This document shows positions 9,402 to 15,625 of a stretch of DNA of 17,040 nucleotides, piece by piece. Numbering within the stretch: the stretch's first letter is position 1; each line of letters starts with the position of its first letter. The position numbers and the translations under genes were made by a program. The stretch is from Candidatus Bathyarchaeia archaeon (lineage in GTDB: Archaea; Thermoproteota; Bathyarchaeia; Bathyarchaeales; Bathycorpusculaceae), in contig JBEKBM010000038.1 in the NCBI GenBank assembly GCA_050015395.1, positions 1 to 17,040 on the forward strand, in the 5' to 3' direction. The notes beneath the pieces were generated by a model that saw nothing but the letters and a program-made list of their open reading frames with translations, was not told the DNA's origin and searched no databases.

Positions 9402-10196
9402 TTAAACTGAAGCGTTCTCGGAGTTTTTGGACTGCAATAATGCTTGCAAAGTTTTATGGCATTTGCTGCATTCGAACATTGAGTTCCCGCATGAAGGACA
9501 AAACAATTCTTGCTTAAGCATACGCTCCAAAAGCGTCAACAATTCCGCTTTATTCTGCAAGTCACGTGGACTCTCTTGTTTTAGAACTGGTTGCTCAGCA
9601 ACGTCTTTTTTCATTTGCGTGTTTCCGCTTGAGGCGATTTCTTGGTAAACTTTGGCGATGCTAGCCTTCCCTTCACGCAGCCTCTGCTTATCATCTTCAC
9701 TTGCTTTCTCCAGTATTTTTTTTCCTCTTTCAAAGGTTCGGGTTGAAACGCCCGCTTTCTTGGCTACTAATTCAGTTGCTTTAGCTTTAAACTCGGGCTC
9801 AGCGTCATCTGGCACTAACCCTAACTGCTGGTTTCGCCCGTTTTTACCGCCCTTTGCCTGCCGTTTCTTTGCAAGTGCTTTCTCAATCTCAAGCAGCGGC
9901 ACTGCTAACTCTACGAGCTGAAAATTGTTCAGGTGGCGACGCCTAAGGTTTACTTCGATAACGAATTTTTTTTCAAGCAGTTTATCTTCAAACTTGCGCA
10001 CTTCAAAATCTGGTTCAATGCCAAGTTCGGTGCATGCGCGGTACCTGTGGTGTCCATCTAAAATTTCTAAGTCCTCGTTTACTATTATCGGGTAATGTTG
10101 GCCTTCCGCCTGCATGGATGCTTTGAGCTCGGCAAACTCTTCCTCAGACATTTTCGGCAGCAATTTTTGGTATTCAGGGTTTAAGCGTAAGCTCAT
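9402..10196 (-). CDS. ParB/Sulfiredoxin N-terminal domain protein with HTH and C-terminal Cys4 zinc ribbon
   Basis: PIIVNEDLEILDGHHRYRAC (GxxRxxA), NLRRRHL, HTH-like TELVAKKAGVSTRTFERGKKI and CPSC-x6-CSKC; AGGCGA SD-like motif and TTATATA box upstream. Confidence 0.85.
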   Translation of the reverse strand: MSLRLNPEYQKLLPKMSEEEFAELKASMQAEGQHYPIIVNEDLEILDGHHRYRACTELGIEPDFEVRKFEDKLLEKKFVIEVNLRRRHLNNFQLVELAVPLLEIEKALAKKRQAKGGKNGRNQQLGLVPDDAEPEFKAKATELVAKKAGVSTRTFERGKKILEKASEDDKQRLREGKASIAKVYQEIASSGNTQMKKDVAEQPVLKQESPRDLQNKAELLTLLERMLKQELFCPSCGNSMFECSKCHKTLQALLQSKNSENASV

Positions 10197-10500
10197 GTCA
10201 GTCGCCTTAGTCTGAGTATCTACCTTTTGTTGGTATTATTATATAAGGTGAAGGGTTAAGTCCTAAAAGGGGCAGGCTAGTTTTTGGCTAGTGAAAATGG
10301 GTCTAAAAACTTTAAGGAGAGGGAGGGGAAGGGGGATACTTTTAGCTTGGCATTTTTGTCAGCAAAACGAGGGACAAGCGCTTCTATACGGCATTCTGCT
10401 TAAAGCTAAGCGCCTGAAATGTGGGCTCCATGATGCAACAACATATTCTTTTATTTTCTCCTGAGTTTGATACGTATGCGTATGAAAACCCGCGCAGTTC

Positions 10501-10605
10501 GTTTGGCGGATCATCAGTTAACCGAAAAATGCGACCCATTCTCTCTCCTCCTCTTCCTGAATAATTTTAGTTTGCCGCATTGGTTAAGATGACGATTCGC
10601 CAAAC
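10501..10605. repeat. Imperfect inverted repeat with ~30 bp arms
   Basis: Left arm GTTTGGCGGATCATCAGTTAACCGAAAAATGCG (10501-10533); reverse complement of the right arm (10576-10605) is GTTTGGCGAATCGTCATCTTAACCAATGCG. Confidence 0.75.
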
Positions 10606-10641
10606 CAAACTTTTCCGTTATTAATTGGCGATGCCTGCAGA

Positions 10642-10833
10642 TTATGTTTTTCTTAAACGGGATTTTTCTATTACCTTGCGTATTTCACTCTCTGCATCGG
10701 CGAATGAATACTTTAAGGCAACATTTCTTTTTCTGAGTTCATCCAGAAAACTCCAAAGCGAAACTCCAGCTATCTCGGAAGATTTCTCTAAGGATGTCTT
10801 CCCCTTCACGTAATTGTCAACTGCAATTTCCAT
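10642..10833 (-). pseudogene. UPF0175-family HTH (antitoxin-like) protein, probably 5'-truncated
   Basis: AVDNYVKGKTSLEKSSEIAGVSLWSFLDELRKRNV matches the UPF0175 'Y..G.ISL.KAAE.AG.S..EF...L' pattern. An in-frame TAA lies three codons upstream, so no N-terminal segment is encoded. Confidence 0.65.
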
Positions 10834-10906
10834 CTTTACTTACAGCTCTTTAAGCCGAGAGAGTTAATACCGTTACCTGCATATTATTGTTCCGTAAGTG
10901 GTTGGC

Positions 10907-11203
10907 ATGGTTGAAAACGAGGCAATCGTTGAGAGACTTTCCAAGGTTTTGGGTGTTCCACCGAAAGAACTAGTAAGAAAGGGATTAGAAGAGTTGCTTG
11001 AGGCGCAGTTGAGGGCTTGTTTTGCTGACATCGCTGAAATAAAGACGCGGTATGAGGTTAAAAGTGCTGCAGAACTGGAAAAGAAGATTGAGAAAGGAAC
11101 TATTGATGAGCACCCAGCATGGGAAGACCTAATCGTCTTGGAAAACTTAGAGGAACGCGCCAAGAAGATTAAAAAAGAGTTAGTGGCTCTCAAACATGCC
11201 TAA
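10907..11203 (+). CDS. Putative antitoxin (TumA-like) of a type II TA pair
   Basis: Small charged helical protein with 'RYEVKSAAELEKKIEKG.IDEHPAWEDLI.LE'; overlaps the downstream DUF6516-like gene by 8 nt. Alternative start GTG at 10898. Confidence 0.7.
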   Translation: MVENEAIVERLSKVLGVPPKELVRKGLEELLEAQLRACFADIAEIKTRYEVKSAAELEKKIEKGTIDEHPAWEDLIVLENLEERAKKIKKELVALKHA

Positions 11204-11597
11204 CGATTCAAATTTGGAAGCGCTGTTCAATCGGATTATTGACCTTATTTATGCCGTGTTTTCTGATATAGTTATTGACGTTCATCTTCGTTTTAGTCCC
11301 TCAGGCTCAATTGAAAGGCTTCGAGTTTTCTTGATTGATGACACTTTTATCGATGTTTGGCTGTCAGCATCTGGAAAGTATTCTTACCACTGGGAGCAGA
11401 GACATGTACGGGGAATTATACATCGTCATGATAACGTACCACATAGCAAATGGAAAAAGATCAAAACATTCCCTAAACACTTCCACGATAGAACAGCAGT
11501 TTTCTTGCAACCAACGAAGTCGTTACAAGAATCCCTTGACCAGAAAACTTTCCAAAAAATGGAATTGTTTGGTGTGGCTTCACGCTCAGAAGGATAA
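11196..11597 (+). CDS. DUF6516/TumE-family putative toxin
   Basis: LRVFLIDDTFIDVW, YSYHW and RHDNVPH...TFPKHFH match the DUF6516 R-x-D-N-x-P-H...TFP-x-H-x-H signature. Confidence 0.78.
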   Translation: MPNDSNLEALFNRIIDLIYAVFSDIVIDVHLRFSPSGSIERLRVFLIDDTFIDVWLSASGKYSYHWEQRHVRGIIHRHDNVPHSKWKKIKTFPKHFHDRTAVFLQPTKSLQESLDQKTFQKMELFGVASRSEG

Positions 11598-11850
11598 TCA
11601 AAAAGAGAATAATTCTCAGCCGTAACAATCACTTGAAAAATTTCAGGCTGAAAAAATAGGAAAAACAAAAAAAGAAAAAGGGGAATGAAGGCGCGGGATA
11701 CATATCCAGAATACGATAATTATATTAAATAGAATGCGCCTAAATTGTATCAAACTAATAAAGAATTAAAAAATCTCATCATTGCGGGAAACACTCGCTC
11801 TAATGTGATTTACATAATCAAATAAACTTACAAATAGGAAGTGCATATTT

Positions 11851-13011
11851 ACGGGAACATCCCAAACATTTACGATAAAGTACGTTATATCCGCCAGATT
11901 TGAAATTGAAGGTGTAGTAGAAAAACCCGATGTGATAGGCGCAGTTTTCGGTCAAACAGAAGGACTTTTTGGACCTGAACTTGACTTAAGAGAACTACAG
12001 AAAACAGGCCGCATCGGAAGAATCGAAATCGACCTACACTCAAAAAATGACAAAACCACTGGATCAATAACTATTCCAACTAGTTTAGATAGGGTTTCAA
12101 CAGCGCTGATTGCCGCAAGTATAGAAAGCATCAACCGTGTCGGTCCATGCTCAGCCAAAGTTAGCTTAGAAAAAATCGAAGACATTCGTGAAGCACGTAG
12201 AAAAATAATCATTGACCGAGCAAAAGAAATCCTGCATAAATGGACTATTGAGTCACTGCCAAGCATAGATGAAGTTTACAAAGAAATCTCTGATACAATG
12301 AAAATCGGCAAAGTCGAAAAGTACGGTCCAGAGGACTTGCCCGCTGGTCCAGGCTTAGAAAGCGCTAAAGAAATCATTGTCGTTGAAGGACGCGCTGACA
12401 TAATCAATCTAATGCGCTGCGGAATTTTCAATACTGTTGCCCTTGAAGGCGCCAAAGTTCCTGAATCAATAAAGAAGCTATCTAAAGAGAAAACAGCAAC
12501 TGCCTTGCTTGACGGCGACCGAGGCGGCGACCTAATACTAAAAGAGTTACAGCAAGTTACAAATGTCAAGTTTGTTGGTCGTGCTCCAAGAGGCAAAGAA
12601 ATCGAGGAATGCAACTGCAAAGAAGTCGCTGAAGCCCTGGAAGCAAAGGTTCCAATCGCCGAGGCATCAGGTAAACCTCCTAAAAAGCCTGAGCCGCAGC
12701 ACATCGCAGTTGAAGTTCCAGAGCCCATAAGCCACGCTGCAAAAGCGTTGCTGGGCACACTTGAAGCAGTTTTGCTGAATGACAAGTTCGAGTTGATTGA
12801 GCGTTTGCCAGTAAGCCAATTAGCAGAAAAGCTACAGCAAGTAAGCGGCGTTGACACAGTGGTTTTTGACGGCATCATCACGCAGAGAATCGTTGATATC
12901 GCAGGCGAGAAAAACATTAGACGCATAGTTGCTTCGCGAATTTCAGAAGCGGTAAAGCCAGCCCTAAACGTTGAATTGGTAACTTTCCAAGACGCAATCG
13001 CTCAAGCCTAA
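11851..13011 (+). CDS. dnaG: Archaeal DnaG (TOPRIM primase-like, exosome-associated protein)
   Basis: KYVISARFEIEGVVEKPDVIGAVFGQTEGL, LRELQKTGRIGRI, TOPRIM VVEGRAD and DGDRGG, and FDGIITQR. The conserved frame extends upstream of the ORF-track start at 11932; the start at ACG 11851 is inferred. Confidence 0.95.
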   Translation, partial: TGTSQTFTIKYVISARFEIEGVVEKPDVIGAVFGQTEGLFGPELDLRELQKTGRIGRIEIDLHSKNDKTTGSITIPTSLDRVSTALIAASIESINRVGPCSAKVSLEKIEDIREARRKIIIDRAKEILHKWTIESLPSIDEVYKEISDTMKIGKVEKYGPEDLPAGPGLESAKEIIVVEGRADIINLMRCGIFNTVALEGAKVPESIKKLSKEKTATALLDGDRGGDLILKELQQVTNVKFVGRAPRGKEIEECNCKEVAEALEAKVPIAEASGKPPKKPEPQHIAVEVPEPISHAAKALLGTLEAVLLNDKFELIERLPVSQLAEKLQQVSGVDTVVFDGIITQRIVDIAGEKNIRRIVASRISEAVKPALNVELVTFQDAIAQA

Positions 13012-15392
13012 AGGTAATCAGTCAGGCTTCTGACTTCTTCACTTTCTTTCTTTTCACTTATTAGTTCTTTTTCCGTTACGCCGAAAAAGCCTAGTATTCT
13101 TGCTGCTGCAGGAACCACTTGATTGGTTACGTAGTAGTCAGCGTCTACTTCATCGTACTTGGCGAAAACGTAAGGTTTCACGCGGTTGTAAAATCGTCCT
13201 TTACCTGCCAGTATGACAAAGCCTACTTTGTCGCCGCCTGTTAGGCGCCAGCCCTTTTCTATTAGCATTTTTGCCGCTTCCACATGCGGAGCCTTAATAG
13301 CGTACTGTTCCGGCGGCTTTGTTAGTGTTTTCCAAATTATTAGGTCGCGGAACGGGACTTTCCTTTGCTTTAGCTCTTCTATCACGGTGCGCACGTAGTC
13401 AATTGCCTTCGCAGGCGACTGCTCTTTTAGAATTATTTCGAGAACGTGTTCTTGCACTTTTTTAGCTACTTCAGCCCAATCCCCTCGAATCACTTCTAAC
13501 CCGACAATGTCTAAGGTGCCGTCAAGCCTCAGTCCTGCATACCGTTTTTTTGCTTCTGTGAAGAAAATGTGTTTGTAGACCTCGCCGACTTCTACTTCTA
13601 AGCCTAAATTCTCTTTAATCTCAGCTTTGAGCTCAACCAGTTTCTTTTCGTCGTTGGTTAAGAAGAGGCTGTCAGTGTCACCGTAAATAATCGTTAAGCC
13701 TTTGTCTTCAGCTAAACGGGTAGCGGTTAAAATGGTGTGTCTACCCCAAGCGGAAGCTGCTTCAGCTACTGGTTTAATGTACCATCTTGCGCCGACCCAG
13801 CCAGCGTACCCATAGGCAGCGTTTGTTATGACTTTTACCGCTTTTTGCCTTGCATCTAAAATGCTGTATTCAACCGTGCTGGGGCTTAAAGCCTTCATTT
13901 CTAAGCGTATTTTGTTTCTTACTTCTATTAGGTAGGTTAATGCTTCCTTGTAGAATCCGGGCGGTGCTTTGCGGAATCGGTGCTTTACTTCGGGCGCTTC
14001 GTAAACTCCGCTTGGCGGTTCAGGCTCATCGGGTGCAACGTAGGTGTCAGGCGACAGGTTGTATCGTATCATGATGTTGGGGTACATTGATTTGAAGTCT
14101 AAAACCGCAATGTTATCGTGCAATCCAGGTTTTGGTTTAAGCACTAACCCACCAGCGTAAGGCCGATACGGCTGCTCTACCCGTCTGGGAATGAGTTCAC
14201 CGAGTTTGCGTGTCTGCTTAATAAGAAACCATTCGACCCTAAAGCCCACCGCTGCAGTCATAACATGGTCCAACGGTAAGCTAACTAGACTGGATAGCTG
14301 CATTGCGAAATCCAACAGCAACTTTGCCGAGCCTTGGATTTTGCGAGCATTGTTTAGGCTGAATTGTTTAAGCGCTTCTCTTTTCTGCTGGTTTTCCCAG
14401 TAATCGGCGAATTCAACATCCTCAATTTCAATGCCTGATGCGTTTTTCATTATGCCTAAGTAGTAAGCTAAGTTGGAAAGTGTCTTAACCTTCACTTCTG
14501 GAAAAACATCCATAAAATCGGCAAGGTCCACGTTAGCCATGCCCGTAAACGACACGTGACCGTAAATGCTGGTATGCGGCTCCTTTCTTCCCCGGTCAAC
14601 ATCAAACGTTCTTTCAAGCCTGTGGCTTCTCTTTATTAAGTAATCCCAATCTCGAGTGTTAGCGCCGAAGCTAACGATGATATCAGGGTCAAACTGGCAA
14701 ACGTACGCAACAAACTGTTGAAGGATAGGCTTATCATTTTTGTCGTCGTCTGCAAGGAACTGCTTTTCTTCGCCGGTGCTTGCAACAGTGGATATTATTA
14801 CTACAGGATTTCTGTCCGGTTTAGGTGAGCCTTCCCGACTATAACTAATCATTGAGAAACTAAGGATTCTAAGCGGAGGCTTATCTACGCTACCGAGTTG
14901 TTTTGGAATAGACCTTGCAGCATAAACCTTATCCGCCCTTACGCCTAATCTGTTTTCTTCTTCCTCAGCCTCCACTTCGTGCCATGCGCAGGGAGCCACG
15001 TTATTGTCGATTAGGTACCGCATTGAAATGCGAATATCATCTTCGAGGCATTCTTTGACCCCTTCGAGCCCTCGAAGCGCCTTTGCAAGCTTCCCTGTTT
15101 CGATTGCAACTTTACAGTAAACTTTTATTGCCTGCACAGGTTTGCCGAAGAACCTGCGCTCTACAACTTCCAAGTTCACTATTGATGACGGGTAAGCGCT
15201 CATGATTTCCTTTGCAGTTTTCGACGGGTCAAATCCTTCTTTGACCACAGCGTAAAAATAAGCAGTAAAGTTTCTGTCAATAACGAGCACTCGGTTTCCC
15301 TTTGAATCAATTCCCCAAAGCCACAAGTCAGCTGTACCATTTTCTATTTTGGGGTTAATGTCTAGGAGCCAAAAAGTAATTTTCACAGGCAA
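13008..15392 (-). CDS. polB: Family B DNA polymerase (PolB3-like) with degenerate 3'-5' exonuclease motifs
   Basis: Motif A LDFKSMYPNIM, motif B RQKAVKVITNAAYGY, motif C YGDTDSLF, KKRYAG and GLEVIRGDW. The start may be GTG at 15386 (AGGCGA just upstream). Stop overlaps the dnaG stop by 4 nt. Confidence 0.96.
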   Translation of the reverse strand: MPVKITFWLLDINPKIENGTADLWLWGIDSKGNRVLVIDRNFTAYFYAVVKEGFDPSKTAKEIMSAYPSSIVNLEVVERRFFGKPVQAIKVYCKVAIETGKLAKALRGLEGVKECLEDDIRISMRYLIDNNVAPCAWHEVEAEEEENRLGVRADKVYAARSIPKQLGSVDKPPLRILSFSMISYSREGSPKPDRNPVVIISTVASTGEEKQFLADDDKNDKPILQQFVAYVCQFDPDIIVSFGANTRDWDYLIKRSHRLERTFDVDRGRKEPHTSIYGHVSFTGMANVDLADFMDVFPEVKVKTLSNLAYYLGIMKNASGIEIEDVEFADYWENQQKREALKQFSLNNARKIQGSAKLLLDFAMQLSSLVSLPLDHVMTAAVGFRVEWFLIKQTRKLGELIPRRVEQPYRPYAGGLVLKPKPGLHDNIAVLDFKSMYPNIMIRYNLSPDTYVAPDEPEPPSGVYEAPEVKHRFRKAPPGFYKEALTYLIEVRNKIRLEMKALSPSTVEYSILDARQKAVKVITNAAYGYAGWVGARWYIKPVAEAASAWGRHTILTATRLAEDKGLTIIYGDTDSLFLTNDEKKLVELKAEIKENLGLEVEVGEVYKHIFFTEAKKRYAGLRLDGTLDIVGLEVIRGDWAEVAKKVQEHVLEIILKEQSPAKAIDYVRTVIEELKQRKVPFRDLIIWKTLTKPPEQYAIKAPHVEAAKMLIEKGWRLTGGDKVGFVILAGKGRFYNRVKPYVFAKYDEVDADYYVTNQVVPAAARILGFFGVTEKELISEKKESEEVRSLTDYL

Positions 15393-15419
15393 TCGCCTAT
15401 TGTAGCTTAAGGCAAATTC

Positions 15420-15447
15420 GCCTTTAAACCTTTAAACCAGTTTTTTC
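15420..15447 (-). promoter_or_regulatory. Putative BRE/TATA promoter of polB
   Basis: The minus strand reads AAAAAACTGGTTTAAAGGTTTAAAGG, two TTTAAA boxes about 30-40 nt upstream of the start. Confidence 0.45.
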
Positions 15448-15520
15448 AAGGTTTTGCTATATATGGAAAAGCGGTTCTAAACGGCAACCTTAGAGGTTGT
15501 AGATATTGATAATTTTAAAC

Positions 15521-15548
15521 TTTTTGCAATAGGGTTTTTTGCAATAGG
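15521..15548. repeat. 13-bp direct repeat, 15-nt period
   Basis: TTTTTGCAATAGG at 15521-15533 and 15536-15548. Confidence 0.8.
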
Positions 15549-15625
15549 ATTGAAAAAAAAGTATGTTGTGTTGCTTATAAAAATGTGGCAAGCATGTACT
15601 TCTTACTTGAAGGTCCATTTACCGT

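Noticed and set aside
10359-10514. 51-aa minus-strand ORF (MIRQTNCAGFHTHTYQ...)
   Set aside because: No recognisable motif or SD, and its start lies inside the inverted-repeat arm.
10200-10620. Possible replication origin, tRNA, RNase P or SRP RNA in the long gap
   Set aside because: No ORB consensus repeats, no cdc6/orc1 nearby, no cloverleaf or T-loop, and no RNase P or SRP signature seen.
11640-11785. Box C-like ATGATGA on the minus strand near 11776-11782
   Set aside because: The nearest CTGA box D is about 140 nt away, too far for a typical archaeal C/D sRNA.
13008-15392. Intein in PolB
   Set aside because: Length is normal at 794 aa and motifs A, B and C are uninterrupted.
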